Virus record (IMG/VR): IMGVR_UViG_3300047545_000306
Location: 39,151 to 103,150 of that record
Strand: one strand, 5' to 3'
Length of the DNA stretch: 64,000 nt
Source: a virus
Lineage: Duplodnaviria; Caudoviricetes
The position numbers and the translations under genes were made by a program. Each line of letters begins with the position of its first letter. Position 1 is the stretch's first letter. The notes below the pieces were generated by a model, which did no database searches, was not told where the DNA came from, and saw only the letters and a list, made by a program, of their open reading frames with translations. Positions 39,343 to 49,884 of this stretch are shown piece after piece.

Positions 39343-40659
39343 TTATTTGAATAAATCGGTAGCTTTGAGGAAACGACCGCCCCATAGGGATTTCTCAACA
39401 ACCTGTTCTGGTTGTTCCTGTACAATCTCGCCGAGATCGCCAGACTTACGGAAAGCGGTATCTGCCTCTACAGCGTCAACTCTCTTTCCAAACTCGTTAA
39501 ACACGTTAGTGGTTGCAGTTACCTCATTTTTTACTGCACCAATAGACTTGCTTAGTTCTGCAATTTGTTCAGCTTGTGCCTGAACTACTGCAGTTAGATC
39601 GCTAAAGGCTTTTGTAACAACTTCCTTGACATCTGCAATTGCAGCGTCAAATAGGTTGTCAGACTTAGCAACAGACTCTGTAGCTTCATCTGCTGGCTCT
39701 GCTGGTGCATCGTCTGTAGCTGGCTCTGCAGCTTCTTCTGATGTAACAGCACTAGTGGTGACTTCACCCTTTTCTAGACCAGCATCTGCAGCAACTTCTT
39801 CGCCTGCTTCTGCCTCTGGAGCGACCTGTGATTCTTCAACTGTAGTTTCTTCAACAACTGCCTCATCAGCAACTGCTTCAACTACTTCATTTGTTGTGTC
39901 AGTCATAGGACTTACCTCCTTGTTAATCTCAGTTGTCTTAATGCCTTTAGCACTATCAACTAAGAACTTTATCATTTCTGTTTTTTCGTTATCTGATTTT
40001 TCAACGAAACCTATGTTTTGCATGGGTGCACCAGAAGCTGGGCTTTGCTCAACTTCGTTCTCTGAGATCAGAACTATTCCAGACTCTGAATCCCAAAATA
40101 CATTTTCAATCTGAGTATCGACACCCTTAACTGTGTCAACACCGTCTACCTTTTCAACAGATAGGATGTTTGCAAACTGATTTGCTGGTGTGTCTACTAG
40201 AGATAGCTCAAATAGGTCATACTCTTTAATAATGCGGATCTGAGAATCCATCTTCTCGTCATAAGCGTCGTCCCACTTATTCATTCTACCGCCGATAGAA
40301 AAACCAGATAGGGTTCCGTCTAGAACCTTTTCCCAGGTGTCCTGGGCTCCCTTTGAAACATATGCAGAAACATATACTCCAGAATAAAACTTCTTTGACT
40401 CAGGGTCAAAGTACTTATCTTCTTTAAATGCTACCATCTTGCCTACTGCAAGTGGCTGGTGCATTTCACGAATGTTGCCACGGAATTTTGAGAATGCTTG
40501 AACCGAAGCTTCTGATGTGACGATGTCCTTTTGACGGTCAACATTGTCCAGTGTAGCGAATCCAGAAACGATACGACGTTCCTTGTCTACCTTAGAGAAA
40601 GGCATTGAGAGGCGAACGTTTTCGCCCTCCGTATTCCAGTGTGCTTTTTGAATAGTCAT
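39343..40659 (-). CDS. Prohead protease fused to acidic scaffold domain
   Basis: IREMH, GFSIGG, ELSLVDTPAN (HK97 protease family), then an E/A-rich linker and coiled coil. Confidence 0.88.
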   Translation of the reverse strand: MTIQKAHWNTEGENVRLSMPFSKVDKERRIVSGFATLDNVDRQKDIVTSEASVQAFSKFRGNIREMHQPLAVGKMVAFKEDKYFDPESKKFYSGVYVSAYVSKGAQDTWEKVLDGTLSGFSIGGRMNKWDDAYDEKMDSQIRIIKEYDLFELSLVDTPANQFANILSVEKVDGVDTVKGVDTQIENVFWDSESGIVLISENEVEQSPASGAPMQNIGFVEKSDNEKTEMIKFLVDSAKGIKTTEINKEVSPMTDTTNEVVEAVADEAVVEETTVEESQVAPEAEAGEEVAADAGLEKGEVTTSAVTSEEAAEPATDDAPAEPADEATESVAKSDNLFDAAIADVKEVVTKAFSDLTAVVQAQAEQIAELSKSIGAVKNEVTATTNVFNEFGKRVDAVEADTAFRKSGDLGEIVQEQPEQVVEKSLWGGRFLKATDLFK

Positions 40660-40706
40660 ACTAATTAATTATAGAACCCTTTTTTAAAATAATACCTATT
40701 ATAGCA

Positions 40707-42359
40707 TTATTTTGTGGATCTACCCTCGCCTTTTGGATTTCTGCCAGTTGTGGTAGTTGAACCATCTGAAGCATTGTTTTTACGCTGAGCATCTCTTTGC
40801 CTATTTCCAGCATTGTTTGCGGTTGCGTCTGTAGCCTGTCTAGGAGTCATCTCCATAGGAACATCTCCACCGTCGATGTGTGGCAAGCCAAGAACGGTTC
40901 TAGCTTCGTTTGGAACCATAATCTTATTCTTAACATATTCTGTAAGAATCTGTGACTGAGAGATCTCGTCTGTCAGGGTTAGCTCGTTGAACTTGAAGTC
41001 TAGAATGTCTGTCTTTTCATGAACAATCTTGTTAATCATCTTTTCAAGGTTTGTCTGTGCTGGTCTTGCGACCTGCTCCTTGAAGGTTCGATCCTGTGCA
41101 ATTGCTGCTGCAATGGCTGATGAATCTCCACCACCAATCTTTGACAATGGCACTTGGTGAGCTACAAGGATATCATCACGGTTTCTAATTCTGTAGTCGT
41201 TAAACGATGCCTCTTGGACTCCAGCCTCAATTGGCTCCATCTTAAACTCAACTTTGTTGGTATCTGAATCTCCAGGTAACGGAATGTATAGAGTTCTGTG
41301 GCTTGAACCCTTTAGGCTTGTCTGTAGGAATCGGAACATTTTGTCCTCTGCCTCTTCTGAAAGCTTTGCACCCTTAAGGGTTACAACGTAACGAGGGACA
41401 GCCTTGTTAGAGAAGTAGTCAATGTTGTACTGTGACGCCAGCTGATCTCCATGCAATGCTGAGACTGCAGACATGATGTCTGGTACACCATAGAAAGTAT
41501 TTAGTGGAGAGTATTCCTTGTAGTGAAGAATCTCGTTTGGACGTGGGTCGCTTGTAATTGGGTTTGGGTTCTTTGCTCCAAAGTTACGGAAGTAAACAAC
41601 CTTATTTCCAATGATCTGAATGTAGCCATCCTTCATTCTGCGAACACGCATAGTGGTAGCTGGAATGTGACCAACGTAACCAATTTCACCCTTAACAGTT
41701 CTACCAATTTCTAGGTAGCCATTTCCAGTTGCCTGTACGTCAGTAAAGAATTTCATCATGGTGTTAGTAAATGAGTCATCGTCATTCAGCTTCTCCATCC
41801 ACTCACGGAGCTCTACCTTTGCACGTTCAATACGCTTTCTGGCTTTCTCTGTGGCAGAAGCATTCTCAGATCCTTCAAGAGCCATCATGGTTCTCTTGGT
41901 TACTTCAAAGTCATAGCCTAATCCTACAATGTTCTCTACCTTAGCGTCAATGGCTGCGTGGTTAGCAAATGAAGTATCGTAGAAGTTAGCTAGTTCGTAT
42001 AGGTTCCATGGTGGAGTGATAACATCAAACATTCCATATCCATTACGATATACACGACCTGGATTAATCTCTTTAGAGGTTGCACCGTCAATACCCCGAT
42101 TTACAGCAAGTGCACTGTCTTGGTATCCAGGGTTCATGATATCGATCTGGTTGTACTGAAGCGTAGTTTCTACAAAAGCATCATTGCTAGCCTTTGCAAT
42201 TCTGTCTGTTCTACGCTTAAAATTCTTTTCTAGACCTGTGAGAATCTTGAGGTCATCCCAGTTCTTTAGGAATGGGTCTTGGTCCTGAAATGCATTGGAG
42301 TCCTCAACCTTGTCGTCTAGTCTCAGGTCTCTAATATATGACTGATACTCTTCTGCCAT
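40707..42359 (-). CDS. Portal protein
   Basis: GNGYLE, YGVP, YFSNKAVP, HQVP, PNEARTVLGLP. Confidence 0.9.
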   Translation of the reverse strand: MAEEYQSYIRDLRLDDKVEDSNAFQDQDPFLKNWDDLKILTGLEKNFKRRTDRIAKASNDAFVETTLQYNQIDIMNPGYQDSALAVNRGIDGATSKEINPGRVYRNGYGMFDVITPPWNLYELANFYDTSFANHAAIDAKVENIVGLGYDFEVTKRTMMALEGSENASATEKARKRIERAKVELREWMEKLNDDDSFTNTMMKFFTDVQATGNGYLEIGRTVKGEIGYVGHIPATTMRVRRMKDGYIQIIGNKVVYFRNFGAKNPNPITSDPRPNEILHYKEYSPLNTFYGVPDIMSAVSALHGDQLASQYNIDYFSNKAVPRYVVTLKGAKLSEEAEDKMFRFLQTSLKGSSHRTLYIPLPGDSDTNKVEFKMEPIEAGVQEASFNDYRIRNRDDILVAHQVPLSKIGGGDSSAIAAAIAQDRTFKEQVARPAQTNLEKMINKIVHEKTDILDFKFNELTLTDEISQSQILTEYVKNKIMVPNEARTVLGLPHIDGGDVPMEMTPRQATDATANNAGNRQRDAQRKNNASDGSTTTTGRNPKGEGRSTK

Positions 42360-42727
42360 TACTCTTCATCTCCGTACATTGCAATAGTGTTCTTTGCTGC
42401 CTGAACGGCACCTAGGTCATTGAGGTTCGGGATTAGTCCCTGGCTCATTCTATCGACCTGTTCGCTGTACTCTTCATCTGAAATTCTGTTCATACCTGGG
42501 AAAAAGTATTCTTTTCCATCTGGCTGACCGTGGTATGTTGCAGCATCTTTCAGCTTTGCGATCTGTGTCTCGTCGCCCTTACGAGATGGGATGTTTAGGA
42601 TATTTCCTTCACCATCTGTAAACCACTTTCCATCAGACTTTTTCCAAACATAGATACCCCAGTCATAAACTTTATCTACTAACGTTACCTTGGCTTTACC
42701 AAGTGCTTCTGCAAACTTATCACTCAT
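42359..42727 (-). CDS. Hypothetical protein upstream of portal
   Basis: Coupled to the portal gene; TGGTATACT promoter 7 nt before ATG. Confidence 0.7.
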   Translation of the reverse strand: MSDKFAEALGKAKVTLVDKVYDWGIYVWKKSDGKWFTDGEGNILNIPSRKGDETQIAKLKDAATYHGQPDGKEYFFPGMNRISDEEYSEQVDRMSQGLIPNLNDLGAVQAAKNTIAMYGDEE

Positions 42728-42745
42728 AACCACTAGTATACCATA

Positions 42746-45700
42746 CTAAACGGCATCTTGTGTATATGAGTCCCATCTGACATCTTTATATACCCGATAC
42801 TCGTACTTATCAAACAAAAGCTTAGAGTCATCGGACACAATAAACTTCTTTGTTCCAGTGTATATTTCGTAGATATCTTTTGGATTTATATTGACCTTAT
42901 TGGTTGACAAAACAAACAGAACGTTTCTCCAAATAAACTCTGGATTCCAATCATCCCAGACTGCAACTCCAGAATCTGTATTCAAAACATTAATCCATGG
43001 TCTTGCTCTAATGCTTTTACTTTCCTGGTCTGCTGTGTATGTATAGTGAGATATGTTGTCTACGGATATTAGCCCTGTAACCCTAAAAGCTCCAGTGTGT
43101 CCGTCAAAGTTCAGCTTGCTGCTAAACTGAATACCAAGGATCAACCATTCACGTAGGTTTATGATAGCGTCCTTAACCAACTTGCCGTTCATGAAGAATG
43201 CGATGTCTTCCTTCACAATTCCAGTAGCTGTATCAATCGCATATATCTTTCCACGCTTCCTAGTCTTATCTGCTGCCACCAAATAAAACTTTATGTATTC
43301 CTGTGATGACTGAACTTCCATAACTTCTACAGGCTGTTCTGGGAATAGCTCTTCATCATATCTGAGGAATGTCTGAATTGCCCCAACAGTATATTTTGAA
43401 GACTTGTCCTGATTTATTGGAGTTGATATTCCACGACTTAGACCAACTCTGGACTCTCCCCTTAGCCTTACTCCACGATCTTTTGTAAGATACAGGTGTG
43501 GACTGCTGCCCTTGTATATAGAGAATGGATTTCTCTTTTTATAATCCATGTAGACTCCAAGCTTGCTGTATGGCTTGATGTTTATTCCAAATTTTGTTCC
43601 GATATTGTTTGGTGAATTTTCGTTCAGTGCTAGCGATGCCAGTTGTAGACTCTTAATCTTTATTGGTTTGTCAATTATGCTATCTACACGAGCCTCTATT
43701 CTGATTGATATTCCAAGGTCATTCACATTTACCCCTGCTGGTGGATAAATTATCATTCCGTTTACAACCTCGTACTTTGTCTTTATCCAGTCAACATCTG
43801 CGTATACAACTCCAGTACTAGATGCTGGTACGGTATTTGTGTAATAGCTGTTTGGCTGAACTGCTTTTATTGTAAGCGGTTGGAATGTTACGTATGTCCT
43901 TATTGACGAGCTGTAGGTGTCATACGATCCAGATATGTGTCTTGATGGTTCTGGATAGTTTATGTTAAACTGCAATACATCTAACGCATACTCTCTCTCA
44001 TTATTTGAGTTTGTTATAAATTTAGCAAAATATGAAAGTGGGACATAGTCTTGCCAGCTGGCATCTACTGCTAGATCTATCTTGCTTCCAAAAATATCGC
44101 TGTTCAGGTATGCGGTGTAACTTGCAACGTGAGCAAAAAGGTTGACTGACTCAAAGGATGAGTATAGTCCGCCGTCTTCTGACTCTGTCCATACCTCAGT
44201 ATTGTACTCTCCTGCAGTGTCGATGTCATCACCGTATAGATAAAAGGCTTCTTCCTCTACCGCCAATATTCCAGACTCATTAAAAAGACTAGATATTTTA
44301 GCAAAGTTATTTATGGTACAAAACCCAACCCTAAATATTTTTCCATCAAATGTTTCTGACATAGAGTCTGATCCACCAACATAAACAGATATCTGTTTTC
44401 TATTACCAAAGAATGCAGAAACGTCTTGTCCAAATTTTGAAACAAGCGTATTGATGCTAAGACCAATTGAGAACATGCCAATTTGTGAATAACCTGGAAC
44501 TTCGTAGAGCGTAGTTACTCTACCACCATATGTAAGCACGTAGGACACAACATCATCGGACAGAGATACCTCTAGGCTACTTGAGTTGAATTGGTTGACT
44601 AGCTTTAACAGTGTCTGCTTTGTGGTAGTTGAAGAACTATTTTCAAATATTCCATAAATTGCATCGATGCTTCTGTCAATCTTTTCGAAGCTAGCAAACT
44701 TTAGGTATCCATTTACATCTGCCCATGTCTCAGCGTCTGGTCTGAGAGATATAAACTTATAGTCTTGCGACTCGTTAGCAGCAGCATTGTCAACGCTCCA
44801 GCTTTCGAAGGTTCTTTTGTCGAATACTATTTCTGGAACTTCATACTCTGGTATTGATAGGATGTTGTTGCTAATAAAAACATTATCGGATACTCCAGCA
44901 TCCCACCTTACCTTGGATGGATAGTCGTAGTTGTTTGCGTAATTTGCTAGTGGGTAGTCCACAACAATAGAAGATGTATTGTATGATGAGCTAATGTTTT
45001 CTGGAAGGTCTACGCCCTGACCGTAAACAAACCTTCTCTTTGCTACAATCGCTGGAACCTGATATGGATATATGGCTATGCAGTCTAGCTGTACTGGGGA
45101 AATTTCGTGGCTTGCGTAAAAACCAATCCAGTCCTGATCTTTGCCGAGATCTGAAAACTGATTGGGAAAGAATATGTCTGTTTGAGAAAGATCTATTCGA
45201 ATCACTTCTTCGCCATTTATCATTACGGTGGAGTTCTTGCTTGTAATCGATAGGTGCATCAGCATTGGCTTGCCCCATTCTCCAACATAGTATGAAGATG
45301 ATATATCGCCAATCTTTAGTGTTAGTGATGTTTCGTTTACATACAGCCCATCGCTAGAAGATATTGGACCAACAATCTTTGTTTTTGATGATGATCCGCA
45401 GTCTATTTTAATCCAGAACTCTAGGGTTAAATCTTTGTCTTTTCCGTAGGCATTCATAAAGCCTATTCCTGGCACAATTACTGATGGTGCTGGACTATTT
45501 GGGTAAAGAGTTGTTACTGAGGATGAGCCATATACCATTGGCACTCCAAAGTTTCTAGCCAACGCCAAGCCGTCTTTGGTCAGATAGTATCCGTGCCTAT
45601 CCTGCAGACCATATGGGTAAGCTCTGATTCCAAACTCGGTATTTGGCATAGCTATGGATGCTGATATTTGCTCTGGCTGTTGCCCCAGAGATGATGCGTA

Positions 45701-46270
45701 GAACTCTTCGGACAGTTGACCAACAGTTATTCCGTTCAAATCAAATGCATACTCTGCTCCTGATCCGCCGTTGGCAAGGTACTTAATCTTGACAAAAACT
45801 CTAAAGTCTGAGGTTGCGGTTGGGATATCGAAAGTCTTGGCAACCAATCCCCAGGTTTGGGTTAGAGCTATCTGCTCGCTAAATGATTCTTGAACATCTT
45901 CTGTTCCGTTATTATATATGTATCCAAGCTCTACGCTTTTTATATACTGTGTTTCTGACTTTACATATACAGATACTGCAAATGTTTCTACTTCTGAATT
46001 CATGTTTGAAAATGAGTTTACGACTGGACTGGTCAGAGTTACCTCTCCAGATCCTGTAGCCACGACTCTTGTTGTGTACTCTGGCACTGTTGATAGAGGT
46101 CCTAAGTCTTCGGTTGGTTCAGAAGATCCGCCCACAACTGTCCACAAAGACATATCTCTAACTGCATCTGGTATTGATGAGGCAAAGTCTAGACTGTCAT
46201 CTAGTGCCCATAAAGCTAGTGGATGTTCGCTAAATATTTTTTCAGCATAGAGGTTTGAAGGTATGGACAT
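42746..46270 (-). CDS. Large minor virion protein with LamG/ConA-like domains
   Basis: HPLALWALDD start, TLEFW LamG-like motif, beta-rich 1174 aa. Confidence 0.6.
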   Translation of the reverse strand: MSIPSNLYAEKIFSEHPLALWALDDSLDFASSIPDAVRDMSLWTVVGGSSEPTEDLGPLSTVPEYTTRVVATGSGEVTLTSPVVNSFSNMNSEVETFAVSVYVKSETQYIKSVELGYIYNNGTEDVQESFSEQIALTQTWGLVAKTFDIPTATSDFRVFVKIKYLANGGSGAEYAFDLNGITVGQLSEEFYASSLGQQPEQISASIAMPNTEFGIRAYPYGLQDRHGYYLTKDGLALARNFGVPMVYGSSSVTTLYPNSPAPSVIVPGIGFMNAYGKDKDLTLEFWIKIDCGSSSKTKIVGPISSSDGLYVNETSLTLKIGDISSSYYVGEWGKPMLMHLSITSKNSTVMINGEEVIRIDLSQTDIFFPNQFSDLGKDQDWIGFYASHEISPVQLDCIAIYPYQVPAIVAKRRFVYGQGVDLPENISSSYNTSSIVVDYPLANYANNYDYPSKVRWDAGVSDNVFISNNILSIPEYEVPEIVFDKRTFESWSVDNAAANESQDYKFISLRPDAETWADVNGYLKFASFEKIDRSIDAIYGIFENSSSTTTKQTLLKLVNQFNSSSLEVSLSDDVVSYVLTYGGRVTTLYEVPGYSQIGMFSIGLSINTLVSKFGQDVSAFFGNRKQISVYVGGSDSMSETFDGKIFRVGFCTINNFAKISSLFNESGILAVEEEAFYLYGDDIDTAGEYNTEVWTESEDGGLYSSFESVNLFAHVASYTAYLNSDIFGSKIDLAVDASWQDYVPLSYFAKFITNSNNEREYALDVLQFNINYPEPSRHISGSYDTYSSSIRTYVTFQPLTIKAVQPNSYYTNTVPASSTGVVYADVDWIKTKYEVVNGMIIYPPAGVNVNDLGISIRIEARVDSIIDKPIKIKSLQLASLALNENSPNNIGTKFGINIKPYSKLGVYMDYKKRNPFSIYKGSSPHLYLTKDRGVRLRGESRVGLSRGISTPINQDKSSKYTVGAIQTFLRYDEELFPEQPVEVMEVQSSQEYIKFYLVAADKTRKRGKIYAIDTATGIVKEDIAFFMNGKLVKDAIINLREWLILGIQFSSKLNFDGHTGAFRVTGLISVDNISHYTYTADQESKSIRARPWINVLNTDSGVAVWDDWNPEFIWRNVLFVLSTNKVNINPKDIYEIYTGTKKFIVSDDSKLLFDKYEYRVYKDVRWDSYTQDAV

Positions 46271-46293
46271 GTAACTATTTTACCATACAGAGA

Positions 46294-46620
46294 CTATACT
46301 ATTATTGTTTTGATAGCCAGGAGATCTTCTTCAGAAAGATTTAGTCTGGTCATCAAATCTGTTGCCAGAAGTCTTTGATTGATTATCAGCTGCTCTTCTG
46401 CGGATATATCCTCTTGGTTCCAAACCTGCTTATACTTGCCACGATACAATACAGGAATACTCTCCACAACCTTTTTACCAGCTTCTGCTACTGGCTGCTC
46501 TACTACCTGAACTTCGCTCCAGCCGTCTGGCAGTGCGTCTCCATCTACCCACAGTGGATGCTCTAGCTGCAAGTCTCCTATGTATCTTGGATAGTTGTCT
46601 CCATTTATTAATAACATCAT
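46294..46620 (-). CDS. Small fibre-associated protein
   Basis: YPR...W.Q.W pattern; coupled to the upstream propeller gene. Confidence 0.45.
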   Translation of the reverse strand: MMLLINGDNYPRYIGDLQLEHPLWVDGDALPDGWSEVQVVEQPVAEAGKKVVESIPVLYRGKYKQVWNQEDISAEEQLIINQRLLATDLMTRLNLSEEDLLAIKTIIV

Positions 46621-47978
46621 ATGCTCCTTAAGTCCATTGTTGTTGATGAGTTTGATAGTGTTAGTGTCGTGAGTCCAGATGTTTGAACAGCAACATTTCC
46701 GCCTGAGTCAGATCCTAGGGGTCCTGATGCCACAGTTGTTGGCGAATTGCCATAGGTCCAATTAGATGCTATATGCTGCCACACAAATCCAAAAAAGGAA
46801 TATTTTTTTGAAACATTTAAACCATCTTTTGGAAATTTTGTAAAATATGATTTGCCTGACCAAGTGTATCCAAGCCTATATAGGAAGTTTCCAAAAACTG
46901 ATATCCCATACCCGATTGTGCTTTCTCCTGTTGAGAACTCTCTTTGATACTGTAAGACTCCAGATGTATTGTATTTAAAAATATGATCGGCATAGGTATT
47001 GTTGGCTGATCCATCAGTTCCCCAGGAATGTGCATATATGCTTGTTCCATCTAAAACCATGTCCATTACCCTGCTACTTCCTCCACCAGTTGATAGTATG
47101 TTTGGTGATATTGCATACTTCTGATAAATAACATTGCCACTTGTATCGATTCCAGCAAAATATGGGCAACCAGTTCCGTACTGAAACCCTCCTGGGTCTA
47201 TCCATCCAGAGACATGAAGGTTGCCAGAAGAGTCTACAGTGCTTGCATGTATCCAGAAGTACTTGTTAGCCTGAGTTGTGTCTGGTCCGTACATGTTCTT
47301 CTGCCACTGCAAAGTTCCAGAACTGTCAAACTTTGACACGAAGCTGTAATATCCGTATAGTGTTGATGGGTCATATCTTCCACTCCAAAACACATTCCCA
47401 GATGAGTCAACGGATACTGGTCCGCCGTATGTGCTGTACCCCCATGGATTTGTGAACCTTCTATTCCAGATGATATTTCCCGATGAGTCTAGCTTGACTA
47501 GAACTGCCCATGCCCATTGGCTAGTATTTGGCACATATATGTCGTAAGTTCCACTGAAATATATGGACAAGTCTGACGAGTTAAAGCGTATGCTGTTCAG
47601 ATAGGTCCCAGATGTTGAGTTTGTGCTTACGGTTCTATAGTATTTTTGCCACAGAAGACTTCCATTTGTATCTATTCTAGCAACAACAAACTTTGTGACA
47701 AATGTTGAGCTTTCAACCACGTCTTGCTTGCCGCCCAGAACAATTTCTCCAGATGATGAAACATCCATGGTATCATAAGTTCCTCCAGATATGATCTTTT
47801 CCCAGAGTATTTTCCCTTGTGGGCTTATCTTTCTGATCACACCATTGTTGACAGCGTACGAGTTTCCAGATGAGTCTAACCTTAGCTTTGGACTGTATAC
47901 TGATGTGTCAGACATGTTGGCAAACCAGCCACCAATTCGTTTGGGTGCAGTTAACAGACCAATTCCAATGGGAGGCAT
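46617..47978 (-). CDS. Beta-propeller protein, putative receptor-binding
   Basis: Repeated (V/L)DSSGN...K.DSSG.L.WQK blades. Confidence 0.7.
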   Translation of the reverse strand: MPPIGIGLLTAPKRIGGWFANMSDTSVYSPKLRLDSSGNSYAVNNGVIRKISPQGKILWEKIISGGTYDTMDVSSSGEIVLGGKQDVVESSTFVTKFVVARIDTNGSLLWQKYYRTVSTNSTSGTYLNSIRFNSSDLSIYFSGTYDIYVPNTSQWAWAVLVKLDSSGNIIWNRRFTNPWGYSTYGGPVSVDSSGNVFWSGRYDPSTLYGYYSFVSKFDSSGTLQWQKNMYGPDTTQANKYFWIHASTVDSSGNLHVSGWIDPGGFQYGTGCPYFAGIDTSGNVIYQKYAISPNILSTGGGSSRVMDMVLDGTSIYAHSWGTDGSANNTYADHIFKYNTSGVLQYQREFSTGESTIGYGISVFGNFLYRLGYTWSGKSYFTKFPKDGLNVSKKYSFFGFVWQHIASNWTYGNSPTTVASGPLGSDSGGNVAVQTSGLTTLTLSNSSTTMDLRSI

Positions 47979-49033
47979 TACGCTATCTCCACATTGCCCA
48001 ATACTGCATAGACTGTAGAAGTGTCTGCAAATACTGTTGCAGACGTATACTGGTTAGATATTTTTAGATTTACGCCTGTCGATCCAACACCCTGCAAAGT
48101 TGTTCCAGATGCTGCTAGAGTAACAACTCCAGCACCCTTTTGATATACGTCAAAGGATTGATTAGCTGTTAGCACTGCTGGTATTGTTATCGTTACAGCA
48201 GATGCAGAATCGACCTTAAGGACCTTGCCAATATCTGATGATTGTACAGTGTAGTTTGAGGTTATTGTTGACGATGTTCTGACTACCGCATCTAAAGCTG
48301 TCTGTAGCCCTGTAACGTCCGATATGGCATGTGTGTGAGATGATGAGGCTTTTCCATCTAGAGTTGTCTGTAGCCCTGTTACATTAGATATAGAGTGTGT
48401 GTGAGATGCTGCTGACTTGCCATCTATTTGTGTCTGGATTGCAGACGTTACTCCGTCAAGGTATCCGATCTCGGTGTCGGATACCCCAGTGACCTTATCC
48501 TGTTTGTTGGAAAGAGATGTTGTGATTGTGGCTGCATAGCTAGCGTCATCGCCCAAAGCGGCTGCGAGTTCGTTTAAGGTGTTCAGGGCACTGGGAGCGG
48601 AATCTACAAGATTGCCAATTTGTGTATCTGTGTAAGAGTTTGCCACTGCTACTGCTGCTGATAGATCTAGGGATTCTACTGCAGTATCGGTATAGTCATT
48701 GGCTTCTGCAATAGCTTCACCCCTGGCAGTTGCTATATCTGCTGCAACCGTAGTGCTAAAGCTATCGTCGTCGCCCAGGGATGCTGATATCTTTTCCAGA
48801 GTATCCATTGCAGTTGGAACGTTACCCAAGATATCTGACACTATTCCAGAAAAATCTGGAAGATTAGAAAAATCTTTAAAATACTCTAAAGCACTCCACT
48901 GATCAACACCATTACCAATCTTAAAGTTTCCAGTATTTGATTCAAACCCAATTTCTCCTGGAGCAAGCGTTGGATTTAATGTTGTCCATTGTGTAGATGT
49001 CCCTCTACGCTGTTGGGTTCTTTTTAGAGTCAT
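47978..49033 (-). CDS. Tail fibre protein (Mtd/hyaluronidase-like N-terminus)
   Basis: QQRRGT..QW...NP.LA.GEIGFE...FKIG.G; tandem SHTH.IS.VTGLQT.LD repeats. Confidence 0.75.
   Translation of the reverse strand: MTLKRTQQRRGTSTQWTTLNPTLAPGEIGFESNTGNFKIGNGVDQWSALEYFKDFSNLPDFSGIVSDILGNVPTAMDTLEKISASLGDDDSFSTTVAADIATARGEAIAEANDYTDTAVESLDLSAAVAVANSYTDTQIGNLVDSAPSALNTLNELAAALGDDASYAATITTSLSNKQDKVTGVSDTEIGYLDGVTSAIQTQIDGKSAASHTHSISNVTGLQTTLDGKASSSHTHAISDVTGLQTALDAVVRTSSTITSNYTVQSSDIGKVLKVDSASAVTITIPAVLTANQSFDVYQKGAGVVTLAASGTTLQGVGSTGVNLKISNQYTSATVFADTSTVYAVLGNVEIA
48296..48421 (-). repeat. 63-bp tandem duplication encoding two SHTH.IS.VTGLQT.LD fibre repeats
   Basis: tgtctgtagccctgt and tgtgtgtgagatg each recur 63 bp apart. 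Confidence 0.75.
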
Positions 49034-49059
49034 ATAACTATTTTATCATACAAATGCTG

Positions 49060-49197
49060 TTATTTAAAAGACATGGATCCATGAACATCGCCTTTGCCAC
49101 ATCTAGAGCAAGTTTTTGATACCGCTCTTGTGACTGGACATGTCAATACAACTTTTTTGTGTCCTAATAAAAGGCACTTTAGTTTAATGGTAGCCAA
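49060..49197 (-). CDS. Small Zn-finger protein (45 aa, DUF1660-like)
   Basis: Below cutoff, TTG start: MATIKLKCLLLGHKKVVLTCPVTRAVSKTCSRCGKGDVHGSMSFK; C-x3-GH...CxRCG. Confidence 0.65.
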   Translation of the reverse strand: MATIKLKCLLLGHKKVVLTCPVTRAVSKTCSRCGKGDVHGSMSFK

Positions 49198-49850
49198 TGT
49201 TGTTCCTGTATCTTTGGGTCATTTTCTAGATGTGATAGTGGGATGATGTCGTATGCAACAGTAATTCTTGGACCATCCCAACTCCAGTCTCCCATAGCAT
49301 GTGGGTGTCCCATTTCTGACAATACCGCACGATTGTTTTGGTTAATGTTGGTCTTTGGTCCCTGGGTAGTAATGTAGTGAGTTTCTGATGGCTCTGCCTT
49401 TACTGCATAATAGCCATGGAACATGGGTGCCCCAGAATCTCCATGCTCGTGCCAGTCTAATTTTCCAACCTTTGCATGGTTAATGTTAAACCATCCCTGA
49501 ATCATGAACCTTTGTTCTTCAAAGTTTATTCCATAGTATTCGCAGGCTTCACGAACCATGTTGCCAACAGCAACATATAGGTTGTATATTTCAGTGTTGT
49601 AGAATTGAAAGACATTGTAGTCTTTCCATTTCATTGTAGAAACGCTGCCCGATGATTTCCAAGCTTCCAGTGGCTGATCCTGTGGCATTCCTGGCAATTC
49701 AGACTTTACAATTCTTGGATACTGATCAGTCAGAAAGCTAGCTAGCTTTTCAAGGTCGTTGTTTAAAAATGCCTCAAAGAATCTGTGTGGCTGTACTGAC
49801 TTGCTAATTGCTTTTACTTGCGGCGGAACGCCATTAACACCATTTTGCAT
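49179..49850 (-). CDS. 2OG-Fe(II) oxygenase (TIGR02466-like)
   Basis: GWFNIN...WHEH (HxH)...HGYY...HPH...RITVAYDI. Confidence 0.75.
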   Translation of the reverse strand: MQNGVNGVPPQVKAISKSVQPHRFFEAFLNNDLEKLASFLTDQYPRIVKSELPGMPQDQPLEAWKSSGSVSTMKWKDYNVFQFYNTEIYNLYVAVGNMVREACEYYGINFEEQRFMIQGWFNINHAKVGKLDWHEHGDSGAPMFHGYYAVKAEPSETHYITTQGPKTNINQNNRAVLSEMGHPHAMGDWSWDGPRITVAYDIIPLSHLENDPKIQEQHWLPLN

Positions 49851-49884
49851 ATAATCTCTTTCTGTTGTATTTTATTATACACTA